64,000 bases of DNA from Mizuhopecten yessoensis (taxonomy: Eukaryota). Below are positions 13,755 through 28,006 of the stretch, piece by piece. Below the pieces are notes generated by a model. It searched no databases, was not told the DNA's origin, and was given only the letters and a program-made list of their open reading frames with translations. Position 1 is the stretch's first letter. Every line of letters begins with the position of its first letter. The DNA lies in contig NW_018407219.1 of assembly GCF_002113885.1 (NCBI RefSeq), forward strand, positions 649,218 through 713,217. Direction: 5' to 3'. The position numbers were made by a program, and so were the translations under genes.

Positions 13755-13975
13755 ATGAGTTCTTGCTTCAGGTTGATACGAGACAGCATTTAGACATTTC
13801 GGTGACATAGAGCTTTGTGGTATAAATTAATGTTTTCATGAGTTCTGACTTCGGGTTGACACCAGACAGCATTCAAACATTTCTCTTTAGATAGCTTTAT
13901 GATACACATTATAACCTTTCAAACATGTCTCTTTAGATAGCTTTATGATACACGTTATAACCTTTCAAACATGTC
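13755..13975. repeat. Two overlapping short tandem duplications (~83-bp period x2, then ~46-bp x2)
   Basis: ATGAGTTCT..AGACAGCATT at 13755 and 13838; TTCAAACAT..TTATAACCT repeated from 13872. Confidence 0.8.
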
Positions 13976-14299
13976 TGGACTGTTGATAATACTGTAGTTC
14001 AGCCAATATCATACAGTAATGGTTACTGAAGAGGGACTAATGACCAGCACCTTACAAACTGTGAAGGCATAGATCATACTGACATAATGTAGGAATTATC
14101 TGAGTACGGTTCAACGACATTGTAAACCAAAGAACATTCAACATAATATGAAAGGTTTCAACCAATTAGAAGAAGCTCTGACCTCTATTTAGTGTGAAAA
14201 CTCCCCAAAACATTCAATTTCATAGGGCAATGTAATGTTTGTTTGTACATGATATTTCCCCGATGAGAAATATAAAGGTCATCAGGATACTTACAGTTC

Positions 14300-14882
14300 A
14301 GATTTGCCATTCTAGAAATGTCACACAGTCTAACAGAACTTAAAATCTGTAATGCTTGATTCTAGATCTAACTTCAAGATCAAAAGAACTTGTACTGTGT
14401 GACCTCGTGATCCAATGTCAATAAGATCTGAGATTTTGTAATTCTTGATACAAGATCCAATGTCCTGAATAAGAATTCAAAGAAGTCTCTAACATTTGAC
14501 TCGAGATCCAATGTCAATGAGAGCAATAGAATCTCTAACATTAGACTTGAGATCCAATGTCAATGAGAGCAACAGAATCTGTAACACTGGACTTGAGATC
14601 CAATGTCAATGGGAGCAATAGAATCTCTAACATGAGATTTGAGATCCAATGTCAATGAAAGCAACAGAATCTGTAACAATTGACTCGGGATCCAATGTCA
14701 ATCAGAGCAATAGAATCTGTAACACTTGACTTGAGATCCAATGTAAATGAGAGCAACAGAATCTGGAACACTTGACTTGAGATCCAATGTCAATCAGAGC
14801 AATAGAATCTGTAACACTTGACTCGAGATCCAATGTCAATCAGAGCAACAGAATCTGTAACACTTGAATCACGATTCAATTC
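14300..14882. repeat. Minisatellite, 46-bp unit (GAGATCCAATGTCAATGAGAGCAATAGAATCTGTAACACTTGACTT); 8 clean copies plus degenerate 5' copies
   Basis: GATCCAATG recurs every 46 bp from ~14503 to ~14825. Confidence 0.93.
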
Positions 14883-15351
14883 TAGATAAAAAGAGAATCA
14901 GTTAAGCTGATCCACACAATAATGGAGGACATTACTAATCATGTTCTATCAACATTATTGAACGATGACAGGTCAAAGTTCAGTCAGATGGCTTCAAGAC
15001 CCGTGACAACCCCTCAGTCCTGACTGTCAAATTTCTCATACACCATATTATATCTTAGTAATTACTTAATTAATGATGTAAGTAACACTGATAAAATACA
15101 TTTTTTTAAGTGCTAGGTTTTGGTTTAAAACTTGCCGGGGCTCTCTCAGTCTGGAAGATTCAGAACCCAATTTTTCACTGTCGTGTTTGATCTCAGGCTT
15201 TAGTTCTGTTAAAAGAATTAATTGCATAAAGCAACTTAAACAACTGCATTTGACCCCATTATTTTGTCGGAAGGAGTCATTTTAGGTGCCTTTTAAAACG
15301 ATTTTAGGTTTTGCAAAATGGTTTGTCTCCATGGTTTGAAAGGTTGGATAG

Positions 15352-15447
15352 CATGTAGTTTCGCCCATATTTGTTCATGTAGTTTCGCCCATATTTGTTC
15401 ATGTAGTTTCGCCCATATTTGTTCATGTAGTTTTGGCCATATTTGTT
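15352..15447. repeat. 24-bp tandem repeat x4 (CATGTAGTTTCGCCCATATTTGTT)
   Basis: Direct reading. Confidence 0.95.
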
Positions 15448-15787
15448 TCCTAACATAAGCTTCCCCCATAAGTTAAGCTTAGGGACATTAGAGGGAGTAG
15501 GGCAAATTAAAGACTCTTAGGAACTGACAACTGTTTGACACATGCATGAAGTATGACCAGTTATCCATTTATCCATTAATTGTTTACTAAGTTGGCCATT
15601 ATTGCAATTTCCATGTCACAAACTGACTCCAATAATACTGATAAGCTTAAACGATTCATATACTGTTATGTCATACCATACAGTTATATTCTCTCTATTT
15701 TGTTAACCATGATGTGTTTGATCACACATGTTAAATACCTTGGTACGTAATGATGAAATTCTCTTACCCTCATTCTCACAGAAAACA

Positions 15788-16335
15788 CAAAGTGGGTCAA
15801 CCAGCACCCCTGGAAAAGTCAAAGTGGGTCACCCCGCACCCCTGGGAAAGTCAAAGTGGATCACCCCGCACCCCTGGGAAAGTCAATGGGGGTCAACCCG
15901 CACGCCTGGGAATGTCATTGGGGTCACCCCGCACCCCTGGGAATGTCAATGGGGGTCACCCTGCACCCCTGGGAAAGTCAATGGGGTCAACCCGCACCCC
16001 TGGGAATGTCAATGGGGGTCACCCAGCCCCCCTGGGAAAGTCAATGGGAGTCACCCCGCACCCCTGGGAAAGTTAATGGGGGTCATCCCGCATCCCACGG
16101 AAAGTCTATGGTGGTTACCCAGCACCCCTGGGAAAGTCAATGGGGGTCAACCTGCACCCATGGGAAAGTCAAAGTGGGTCATCCCGCACCCCAGGGAATG
16201 TCAATGGGGTTTATATTTCCAATGTTTGACCCCACACTCCTGGGAAAGTCAATGGGGGTCAACCCGCACCCCTGGGAAAGTCAAAGTGGGTCACCCCGCA
16301 CCCCTGGGAATGTCAATGGGGTTTATATTTCCAAT
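15788..16335. repeat. GC-rich minisatellite, 32-33-bp unit (AAAGTCAATGGGGGTCACCCCGCACCCCTGGG), ~16 copies
   Basis: Periodic CCCTGGGAA; produces three overlapping repetitive ORFs. Confidence 0.95.
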
Positions 16336-18402
16336 GATTAATGGTTTCCTTAGAAACCTATGTGAAATAAAAGCCCTATGCTATTCCGCCCACTGTGATT
16401 CTGTCACTAGTAATCTAGTTTGGAAGCATTACGTCTCTCCCTTTTGTCCTGTAGTGAAATGGATATCAGTCCAATAAATTAGTATCTTTCAATTTAACAG
16501 TCTTCTTTTTTAAACATATATTACTATTTCATGGATCACATGTCAAAATGGTGTTACAGTCAAAAGCTTGTCTTTTGATTTAATTCTAACTCAGTCATAA
16601 ATAATTTGGATCAAAATGCCAATTTTCAGTATTTGAGCGTTGAAGATATTGACAAAACTATGTAAGGCTATGACCTTGGTATAATAAGATCAAAGTCGTT
16701 AACGTTGGTTTCAATGGACAACATGAGCTGACCACAGAATCTACAGACATCTGACTTAGGGTTTCATCAGATTTATAAACTTCATCTGATTCTGAATTTT
16801 CTTGAATGACAAATGGAACTGAATTGTCACTTCACATGAATCTTCAAGCTTATCATGTCACTGATGTAGACCTACACATCTTACGTAAATCGTAAAAAGA
16901 AGACTTACAATTGATATTTGTCAGTAACAGCACGTATTGATGAGAAATAAACAATCGTCATGGTAACATACAAAACACAGACATTTGTATCTTATATGTC
17001 ATTACAAGAGAAAAACAATTTGTATATAAGATAGCATGTCCTTTTATTATCATGGTGTCCAATGATTGCAAGATATATCATCGATATGTCATTGTATTCT
17101 CTTTGTGTCCAGCCAGATAAACAATAATGTGGATATCCTGACCTTTCACCTCCGATCAACATTCCTGAAGATGAACTTGATGGAGGCAGGCAGAATTTAT
17201 TTGATGTTACATCAACATTTGGCTCCTCTGGGCAAAAAAGACTGACAAGGTTTTGACAGCGTTTACTACATTGTGGTGTGTGCTGGCTACCAGCAATTCG
17301 ACCGATGTCCATGTGTCTGATTAAACAGAGTGCCCAGATGGACAGCTGCTACAAAGGTCCTCTCCAAACACGGCCATTTATTTTAGTTTCGTAATCATTG
17401 CATGAATCAGATATTATGTCAGAAAACCTTTCTCTTGTCTAGGTGTTTCATTAGACTCAATGTCCCCAGCTTAATGTATCCAGCAGACAAGGGACCCAGG
17501 CCCCTGTGGTTGTAATGGTGAGGTAGGCGTTTAATTGTTTTGATCAATATGGGTAGGTGGGTTGGTGTGTGTGGGAAGGTACAAATATAAGATCACCCTA
17601 CCTATTGTTAGAAATCTTGGTTCTTTGGTGACAAATGTTTGATAGAAAACCTATGAAGAACAGTAACTTTAAAATATTTAAATGAATAAACTTGACTGAC
17701 ATTAATCACAGGAATTAAGAAACAATTCAGACATAAATTATACATTACAAACTGAAATAGTAAGATCTTCAGGAGAAGTTATTTGCAGATTTTACACATT
17801 TCAGGCCTATCCCCCATAACCTTGAAAGTGCTAAAGTTAAAGTAATTTATTTTAACAAATTGACAGTGAACTTTCATAATGGCAAGCAACAAGACAAATT
17901 ATCATGAAAGTATGCATGCCTTTTGGGTCTTAAAGAAGAAGTACTTTGCGCAAAGATTTTAACACACTCGACCCTTGTGACCTTCAAAGTGGGCCAGGCT
18001 AATTTATTCAAACATACTTATAAGCCCTTCATGCCAACAAGCTAAAGGATAAACATAGCTGATCTTGGCTTTATGGATCTTTAGAAGAAGTTGTTTTAAG
18101 TTTTTAATAAATTTAATCCCTAAGAGTCCTTGCAAGTGGATCAACATCATTCTTTTTAACTAACTTGAAAGCCCTGCACCACAGTATGATACAGATAAAA
18201 TAATATGGCTTAAAGACTTTCACAAAAATGTAAACAAATTGCAGGTGGAGAACAACAACGGATTACAAGGGAAAAAGTCAGATGAAATTAGTTCAAATTG
18301 GCTCAGGTGTTCTGTTTTAGTATCAATATTAAACACGTTTAGGAATGCTTTATTTTAAATCAAACTTTCTTTTGTCCTTTGTCCAAAAAGTACTGGCTGT
18401 CA

Positions 18403-18720
18403 GAGCTTGTAAGGGTATGGAGTAACCTTGTTGAGAGATATAGGATGAGCTTGTGAGGGTATGGAGTAACCTTGTTGAGAGGTATTGGGTGCGCTTTTCT
18501 GAGAGGAAATGGGTGATCCTCTCTGAGATATAGGATGAGCATATGAGGGTATGGAGTAACCTTGTTGAGAGGTATTGGGTGAGCTTGTCCGAGAGGAAAT
18601 GGGTGATCTTCTCTGAGATATAGGATGAGCTTGTATGGGTATGGAGTAACCTTGTTGAGAGGTACTGGGTGAGCTTGTCTGAGAGGAAATGGGTGAGCTT
18701 CTCTGAGATATAGGATGAGC
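18403..18720. repeat. 90-bp composite tandem repeat x3.5 built from 44+24+22-bp GAGCTT-type subunits
   Basis: The block after GATATAGGAT restarts at 18447, 18537, 18627 and 18717. Confidence 0.92.
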
Positions 18721-21700
18721 CTGTGTGCTACGGACAATTAAATTGACTCTCTCCAATAATAGCTATTAGACAGTTACAGGTAAAGTGTTTACATGGTAGT
18801 GTATCAGGTAATGTACTTGTTTTCTGAAGAACTTGATACTTGTTCCCATTCATTACTCAACCTGTCTTCAAACAGATAACTAACAGAATCTTTTATCACT
18901 TCATCACAATCAAGAAATTCTCCTGAAAAACGTGCAGGAATTTAGAAACACCATCTCATGATGGCAATTAACATGTAACAAAGGTCATTCAAAGTTCAAT
19001 TACCTTTACATTTTGATTAATTAACTCTCAAATTCAATCAAACTTCAAAATTACATTGATGATAATTTGAATTATAATTCCTTTCTCCCATAGTAATTGT
19101 AGTGTGAATATTTGCGACACTTTTTTTATATTCTTTGCAGTTAAAATTGATGCCATTTGGTGCAGCCACAAGGGACTTTTCAAAGCTCCATCAAGACTCA
19201 TGTAGCTGATGCCTTGAGCATTTTTCAAGTCAAAGATTGTTATCAGTTTGACAGAAATTAATCCATATCATTTCATGTCCTGTGTTTTCTCAATAATATT
19301 GTCTGAAACATTGCCATGGTTTTTGATGTGACCATGGAGTGTCAAGACAATTTTTACAAATGTTCTTGTTAAATGTCATCTTAATTTGCAGTCTCTGAGC
19401 AGTTACAACTACAGCACTAATTAAAACAAGGGGGCACAGTAAAAAAACCACATTGCTTTAATTTACCGAAAATGAATGCTATACAATTACCTTTGATGAA
19501 TAATTGATGCAATATTTTTTCTTAAATGACACAGTGAAGATAACTGTCAACAAGATCTTAGCGTTACTGGGGAGAATAACTCATAGCTAATTGCTGTTTG
19601 TAATCTTCGTAAAACAAATGAATAATTATATTACTGGGATGATCAGGTCAAAGAATGCCGTGAGTATAACTCATGTGTTCCCACTGCAGTCTGGCAATGC
19701 AATTACTGTAGGAAAGATACATCTATAAAAGATGCAGTGAGATTGCTACATCAGTTTTTGTAATTCCTGACAAGATTCCCCAAATTTGGACAATCTTTGT
19801 TATCAAAAAGAATCAAAGGGCCACAACTCTGTATATTATGTGAAACTCGTCAGTTACAAGAAGGACTTGCACATACAAAAGGCAATAGCTGCATGGTGAC
19901 TGACTTTATGAGATATGCCCCGTACAAAGTAACACTGATGAACAATGGAACATAACTGTGTATTATAAGTGTGGCACTAGACACAAAAGTAATACACAAC
20001 ACTTTGCCACCCCTAGAGGTGTTCACACACCAAATTTGGCAATTGTAGGTGACAGAGTATATGAGATATGTCCATATACAAAGTGACGTACTGACCGATG
20101 GACTGCAGATAGACAGACAGACTAAACAGACAGATTGTAAAAACTCTGTAGTCTCCTCTGGTACTTAATCAAACGGTGGGGGACCAAAATGTACTGAAAA
20201 TCAGTGTTAAACCTATGGTGAATCCACAAATGTACCCAAAAATGTATAAGATAGCTTTTTCATCTCTAGCCAACCGAACATTATCAATACATAAGTCTTT
20301 TGTCAATATCTAATGACATTTCTAAAATTTTCTTTTTTTTTGCCGAAAGAATGATTGCAGTAAGCAAGGTTTACATGTCATATTTGTTGACATAGAATAA
20401 TGTTATGAAATAGACATGCATGGATTGTAATAGAAATTCTCGCTTCAGAGCAGACCTAGCTAGCATATGAAATAAAATGTATTGTTATTAACCAATCAAA
20501 TTAAATTATTGGGTCAGGCAAGCTGAACAAGTTGATCAGCATAATTGCATAATGTCAGATTTGCTTGAGATCCCCTAATGACAGTAAAATTTTAGACACC
20601 ATTATCGATGGGAAGGATGTCAGACAGTTATAGGGGCAGATCGTCACAATCCCTTCACAGATGCAGGCTATTTATTGCTGAGTGCAGCCTTGCAGTAATT
20701 GTTTTGACAAGGGTGAACACATATTTGACACAGGCCTCAGTTAACCAAGGACAAATGTCATCCACGATGGGTAGCTGGTCTAATTGGAAAACACTGGTGA
20801 TAGGAAGACCAATTTTATCTGCTTTCTTGAAATTATCTGAGATTGTTTTACTAACTGCTGACTAAACAAGAAGAATTGTCACTGCTTTATTCTTATTGGT
20901 TACCATTGCTTCAGTGTGACTTGAGTTGATATACCATCCAACATATATGTATTATAATGATCAAATCATACTTTAACAGAGGTACTAAGTAAAATGTACA
21001 TTTTTCAGTGTTCGATTGCCATCTCATGATCTGTGCAGTTAGGCAGTGTGATGGTCTCCTACCAATACCTGTGTTAAGTATGATACTGCTACTTCTTCTG
21101 TCTATAATTTAAGGAACCATCCCAATCCGATACAATTCACGATAAAGGACTAAGGGCGTTAAGGGTCATTTGCAGCCTCAGAATTAAAATTTAGAACTGA
21201 AGTTGTTATATTCTTTATCTTCGATAAATGAACTATTAAAATAAAAAATTTCAAATTAATTTCACAACTGGTATAGGAGATGTGACGTTTCAAAGAGAGG
21301 TATAGAACTTTGAAATGAGTGTCGTCTATAAATGTGCGCTATATATTTATATTGAAAATTGGCCATTGTGAAGCAAATTTGCTTAACAATGTTCAATTTT
21401 TTAAAGCCTCTGCATGTACCAACTAAATAAGCATTTGACATGCTTAAACATTGTCAAAAATAGGTATAAATCGGATGAAAGGAAACAAGTTTGTATGGCC
21501 TAACCTTCCTTTCTCCCCTGGGGATGAAGTAAAGGAGTTACAGTAAAACAATGTTACGAACACGCTACAAAGTTATCTTTGTATCCTGTAATAAAAATTT
21601 GTTTCCTAAGCATCAAAATTCCCAAACAAATTGTGTTATTAGCAAACTAATTTCGAAGGTTCCAGTCTAAGGCAAGGGTTGTAATCTATTTGTACCTTTT

Positions 21701-22158
21701 CCTTTCAAACTGTTCCCTGAGTTAGTAATTATAAGGACAGCTTGGGACCCGACCTTATGTCATTAACTTTCTGCAAAATCCTTTTTTTTTTAATTATAAA
21801 CTGATTTATGAAAAACATGAGTCTGTATTACATTCACATCATTGATTTTGAAGAGAAATTAACATCACAACAGCCAATCAGAATTAAAGGAACTATCTAC
21901 TGCAATGCTACTTGAGGTTTTTAAATGTTATTCATGTAAAAATCAGCAGATTTTAGGTCCCTGTCAGCAAATATTTCAATCGCATTTGGTGCGTAGGGAA
22001 CAGTAATGGATATAAAATCAAAAGTTGATATCAACACACCTAAAGTTATCATATAACCACAAAAGCAAGCCGCAAATGGTCTCCATTAGGTGACAGTGTA
22101 TCACTTGACTCATAAAACTTTTACATCTACAATTAAAAGTTCGCATAATTTGTTTCAA

Positions 22159-22916
22159 TGCCATTGTCGAGGAGTGTTCCCTTTACTTGCCATTGTCAAG
22201 CCAGCCAAGAAGTGTCCCCTTTACTTGCCATTGTCAAGCCAGCCAAGAAGTGTTCCCTTGACTTGCCATTGTCAAGCCAGCCAAGAAGTGTTCCCTTGAC
22301 TTGCCATTGTCGAGCCAGCCAAGAAGTGTTCCCTTGACTTGCCATTGTCGAGCCAGCCAAGAAGTGTTCCCTTGACTTGCCATTGTCGAGCCAGCCAAGA
22401 AGTGTTCCCTTGACTTGCCATTGTCGAGCCAGCCAAGAAGTGTTCCCTTGACTTGCCATTGTCGAGCCAGCCAAGAAGTGTTCCCTTGACTTGCCATTGT
22501 CGAGCCAGCCAAGAAGTGTTCCCTTGACTTGCCATTGTCGAGCCAGCCAAGAAGTGTTCCCTTGACTTGCCATTGTCGAGCCAGCCAAGAAGTGTTCCCT
22601 TGACTTGCCATTGTCGAGCCAGCCAAGAAGTGTTCCCTTGACTTGCCATTGTCGAGCCAGCCAAGAAGTGTTCCCTTGACTTGCCATTGTCGAGCCAGCC
22701 AAGAAGTGTTCCCTTGACTTGCCATTGTCGAGCCAGCCAAGAAGTGTTCCCTTGACTTGCCATTGTCGAGCCAGCCAAGAAGTGTTCCCTTGACTTGCCA
22801 TTGTCGAGCCAGCCAAGAAGTGTTCCCTTGACTTGCCATTGTCGAGCCAGCCAAGGAGTGGTCCATTGATTTGCCATTGTTGAGCCAGCCAAGAAGTGTT
22901 CCCTTGACTTGCCATT
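22159..22916. repeat. Minisatellite, 38-bp unit GCCATTGTCGAGCCAGCCAAGAAGTGTTCCCTTGACTT, ~20 copies
   Basis: Identical central units; the stop-free minus strand gives three frame-cycling ORFs. Confidence 0.98.
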
Positions 22917-23077
22917 ATACCATATAACTCTGTTAACAATGTTATGTAAGCATTTCACACTCTCCCTGTCAGCTTACATTTCTCTTGTTAGGTAGCTTAG
23001 CAGTCAGTTTAAGTAACAAATTAACCTCGACAAAGTTCTTGGTGATCACACATGACCTTCAATGAAAGTCATCTACC

Positions 23078-23286
23078 AATCAATCAATCAATCAATTTCC
23101 TTTATTCCTACAAGAGATTTTAAATACAAAATAAAACAATGGATACTTAAAACATATATACAATGTTCTTCTTTTTGTGGAACTATTTGGGCATTATCTC
23201 TGTCCAAAATATTGTCATTGTATTGGTGATTTAATCAACTTGCAGAATTTTGATTGTCCTAAAGGTTCAGAAAGGATATGATATGT
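23078..23286 (-). mobile_element. 5'-truncated LINE 3' end with (TTGA)n tail, between 35-bp direct repeats
   Basis: (AATC)n at 23078-23096 followed by TTTATT (AATAAA on minus); flanks 23043-23077 and 23287-23321 nearly identical. Confidence 0.6.
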
Positions 23287-23574
23287 TGATCGTGCATGAC
23301 CTTCAATGAAAGTCATGTACCGCAGTCACAAACTGTCTGTATGTGATTTATAACTACTTCCTTCACAACCTGTCAGCCTATAAGAGCATCCTTAAACTAT
23401 TCATAGTTTATAACTTATCAGCCTCATAGGGCAATCATACATTCAGTCTCAATGAGCAATCGCAATCGTAAACTGTTTGTAATTTGCTTATCTTTTAACT
23501 TTTAAGCCACATTGGACAATCACAAATTGTTTGTTTTTTTGTGATTTGCTTAACCTGATAAAAAAAAAATCAAA

Positions 23575-24392
23575 TGGTATGATTGCTTGTCTAGATACCA
23601 CATACCACAGTTCTATCCTATCTTGGTATGATTGCTTGTCGAGATACCACATACCATAGCTCTATCCTAGCTTGGCATGATTGCCTGTCTAGATACCACA
23701 TACCACATTTCTATCCTAGCTTGGTATGCTTGTTAGTCTAGATACCACATACTACAGTTCTATCCTAGCTTGGTGTGATTGCTGTCTAGATACCACATAC
23801 CATAGTTCTATCCTAGATTGGTATGATTGCCTGTCTAGATACCACATACCACAGTTCTATCCTAGCTTGGTATGATTGCTTGTCTAGATATCACATACCA
23901 CAGTTCTATCCTAGCTTGGTATGATTGCTTGTCTAAATATCACATACCACAGTTCTATCCTAGCTTGGTATGATTGTTAGTCTAGATACAACATACCACA
24001 GTTCTATCCTAGCTTGGTATGATTGTTAGTCTAGATACAACATACCACAGTTCTATCCTAGCTTGGTATGATTGCTGTCTAGATACCACATACCACAGTT
24101 CTATCCTAGCTTGGTTTGATTGCTGTCTAGATACCACATACCACAGTTCTAACCTAGCTTGGTATGATTGCTAGTCTAGATACCACATACTACAGTTCTA
24201 TCCTAGCTCGGTATGATTGCTAGTCTAGATACCCCATACTACAGTTCTATCCTAGCTTGGCATGATTGCTAGTCTAGATACCCCATACTACAGTTCTATC
24301 CTAGCTTGGGATGATTGCTTGTCTATATACCACATACCACAGTTATGTCCTAGCTTGGTATGATTGCTTGTCTAGATACCACATACCACATA
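23575..24392. repeat. Minisatellite, 48-49-bp unit (TGGTATGATTGCTTGTCTAGATACCACATACCACAGTTCTATCCTAGCT), ~17 copies
   Basis: Direct periodicity. Confidence 0.97.
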
Positions 24393-27300
24393 GTGTTTGT
24401 CAATCATTCAGTTATCCTTTGTATCGTCATAATGGTAGAACAAGTACTACGGGGTGTATCATCCCACAAAAATATTAACTTGGAATCTGAGTATATTCTG
24501 CTTCCAAAGTTGATGTTTCTCCCTGAAGAGACGACCTGATGGCCGACATCCATGACTCCACGTTCTTATAAAATAAGCATAGTAAAAAGAGTGAGGCTGG
24601 TCACCAAGCTTGATAAAATACATCAGGGACATTCTTACTTTAATTGACCACCCAACAATTTTTCATCTACCTGACTAGTACTACCAAGGATGAATTGATA
24701 GGATTGGTCTTACTTTCCGTTATGGCTGGTCAGTTTGCCAGTCTGTCCATGATATTTGGTTAGATTTATCTCCCTTCCCCTAATTTCCTAGGTCATGGTA
24801 CTGGTTGCCCTGTCAAGGAGAGAATTTTCCATCAAAATTCAGTCATGTTGTCAATCTAAATTACTTTCACTGTGATATTGATTTTCTGCAGTTCATCAAT
24901 TTCTCCATAATTTTACTGGTCCAGCTTCAAAGCACATTTTTGTTTTTTGCCTGCAATTTGCGTTCAACAGTTGAAGGGAATTAACAGGATTGTGGGACAT
25001 TTTCCATTAAAAGGTTATTGAAATAGCAAAATATCAGTCTTTGTCAATCAGGAATACTGGTTGATTCTATTTTTCTATACTCATGACTATAGTAGTGACA
25101 TACCGGGGTAATCATCTTCCCTGCTGAAGAAACAGTATATATCAGCAGTCTGAATGATGGCCCTGACTATGTGATGAATTGAGGCTATATGTCAATGTGA
25201 TGATTCAGATTTGTGGAGTGACAATCATTCAACAATCCTACAATCTCTGTCCTAGGCAAATAATAATAATTTGTTCTATTTCTCCCAGAACACAACACCA
25301 CTACTGTTTCTTTCCTCAGCTAGTAATAATTAACTCATTTACCCCTGAAATTCATAATGAACTATTCCAACCTTTGAATTTGAAGAGTTCAAATGTGTCT
25401 TTAGGGGTGAATGAGTTAAAACCCCATTGTTTCTCAATTTATTAATCCTTTTTTTTTTTTTTTAAGATAAATCTACCAGGTAAGTCATTTTGTGTGTATA
25501 TATCATCTGACAAGGATCATCTGAAATTCTAAGACCTTTTTTTTTGTTTTCCGCTCTAATGATTACTCAAATATTGCTGATTCTAATTTAACCTTACTGT
25601 ATTGTTAAGCTTGTCAAGTGTGCTATAACATGATCCTGTACTTTAACTAGTATTTATCTAACATGGCCCCGACTAAATATTCTGGAAGCAATTTATCTAA
25701 CTATACTGGACCTTGTCCGAAATGACCAGTCAGGTTAAGCGCCTTCCTGACGTCCAGTTCGTTCCAAGAAGATATTATACACCTCATGTTAAGTAGGAAG
25801 GTGTCGAAACAGCCACAGAATTAATCTTTCACCGAGTGGAAGCCTCTTTCTAAGATTATAAGAATCATTGGCTGGAAAATGAGATCACATGGTTATGTTA
25901 ATTTCACTAAGGAATTAATGCTTATGACATCAATCTGAGATTGTACGAGCCGTGTTACATACCGAAACTATGTAAGGCTAATACAAGTCAAGTCAACCGG
26001 TCACTCATGTGAAAAAATCTCTCCTCCACTGCCTTTCTGTGAAAGGCATGAATAACGTTAATATGACAGGGAGTTTGTCTGGGAACGTCAATATTTAGCT
26101 TGATTAACACAACAGGTATTGACTAAAGTAACATATTCAAATCAGCCATTTTAAATCTCATTTCTTTTGTAGATGCTAAAGTACAATTCAAATGAAAATG
26201 AGGTCCACTATATTAAGTGAATTCTGCTATATATATATATGCCTGTTCATGATTTTCCTTGCTGTCTGCATATATCCACAGAAATTTTAAGAAACGCAGA
26301 ATCAGATATTTCAATTTGTTTGTCACTTAAATTGTATTAAGTAAACTGCATGTACATGTAAAAAGTCAATAAACCGGACATATATATATAAGATTCCTTG
26401 CTAACGGAACACTTGTAATGGGAAACTTGGAAGTTTTGATACCTTTACATAATCGTAATAGACACCTAATAATTTAATTCAAGACAAATTTGAAGAAAGG
26501 ACATTTCCTTGAAGACTGATAACTTAAGAACAATTGAACTTCAAAGACAATTCTTGTTTAAAGGTCAGCATTGCATGTCAGTTAGATGACATGCTGAACC
26601 AGTTAAACACAACATATCAATGTCTGGTTCATAATCCTTTATAGTTTATGTCTCTGCTTAACAATCCTTTAGCCATAATTCAAAATCCTCCTTGATTTAA
26701 TCACTTATTCTCCATTGTTTGTATCTACAAATACAAAATGTACCAAAGATGACATGATGTTATCAATCCTGAGTATGAGTAAATTAGCTAACTCACTGAC
26801 ATTTTTCAGCAATGCATTATGGTACAACATCTCATGGATGTGTAAAGGAGCAAAATTATGTATAAAAAATAGCCATGTTAAAAAGTTCATTCAATTAAAA
26901 TGATAAAAGTATCATTATCAACTGGATGACTAACACTTACATTTAATCATTACTGTTGTGAAATGAATGGCTTGAGAGTTGATAAACAGGGGCAAATGAG
27001 GTAGAAAGTATTTCTCCCTGACTTTTGTCTTTCTTGTCATAAACATCAAGCTGACGTCTGATTTTTCTCTGATTTATAACTTCTAAACTGTACCATATTT
27101 CTTGTCAATTTCAGAATTTTGAAATAATTGTCTCCAATTATTTTCACAAAATTCACCTCATGAATTTTTGTCACTATAGCAGAGTTTGCCTGTACTGTCA
27201 GAATTAAATTGACAAAGTGTGTGTCATTATTTCCAAGCCACAGGTTTGTTGTCGATGAATGTTCTATAATAAGATGATATTGTTATGTATATATCAACTT

Positions 27301-27626
27301 GAAATCCACAGGAATACATGGAGCCAAAAGAGCTATTGGACTTAAATGAAAATGAATGATACACTCTCCTGAACAAATGTTATAAATCATCACAGTTTCA
27401 ACGATGCTGATATTTTATGAGGAATTTCCGGTGTTTTTCCCATTAAAAATAGACCAATCACAAACAAGCATGCATAAGACACATATATTTTTGTGAGTGT
27501 CACCAGTCGGGATATATAAAGGGCATGTTTCTAGTTTAATTTAGTATCATGTAATGTTTTATTGGGAAATGGATTTTTATTATGAAAAAATCAGATTTGT
27601 TTTGTGCAGGATTGCAGAGGTTGTAT

Positions 27627-27864
27627 GGGGGTTGTTTTGTGGAGATCTTGAGGTACCGTATATTAGGGGCTTTGTTTTATGGAGAGGTACCGTATATTAG
27701 GGGGCTTTGTTTTGTGGAGAAGTACTGTATATTAGGGGGCTTTGTTTTGTGGAGAGGTACCATATATTAGGGGCTTTGTTTTATGGAGAAGTACCGTATA
27801 TTAGGGGGCTTTGTTTTGTGGAGAGGTACCGTATATTAGGGGGCTTTGTTTTGTGGAGAGGTAC
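27627..27864. repeat. Minisatellite, 34-35-bp unit (GGGGCTTTGTTTTGTGGAGAGGTACCGTATATTAG), running into the assembly gap
   Basis: ~7 copies before the Ns; GGGGGGGCTTT resumes after the gap. Confidence 0.93.
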
Positions 27865-28006
27865 NNNNNNNNNNNNNNNNNNNNNNNNNNNNNNNNNNNN
27901 NNNNNNNNNNNNNNNNNNNNNNNNNNNNNNNNNNNNNNNNNNNNNNNNNNNNNNNNNNNNNNNNNNNNNNNNNNNNNNNNNNNNNNNNNNNNNNNNNNNN
28001 NNNNNN
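27865..28006. other. Assembly gap (142 N)
   Basis: N run. Confidence 1.

Noticed and set aside
15728-16477. Pro/Gly-rich 249-aa ORF and overlapping ORFs
   Set aside because: Coincide with a 32-33-bp minisatellite whose indels shuffle frames
17740-20190. Further decayed HINE-like tracts (17740-18260, 19770-20190; also ~3830-4230, 52950-53320, 55470-56110)
   Set aside because: Family resemblance only; boundaries cannot be supported without a consensus alignment
22196-22958. Three long minus-strand ORFs (210-247 aa)
   Set aside because: The same 38-bp unit read in rotating frames; the unit simply lacks stops on that strand
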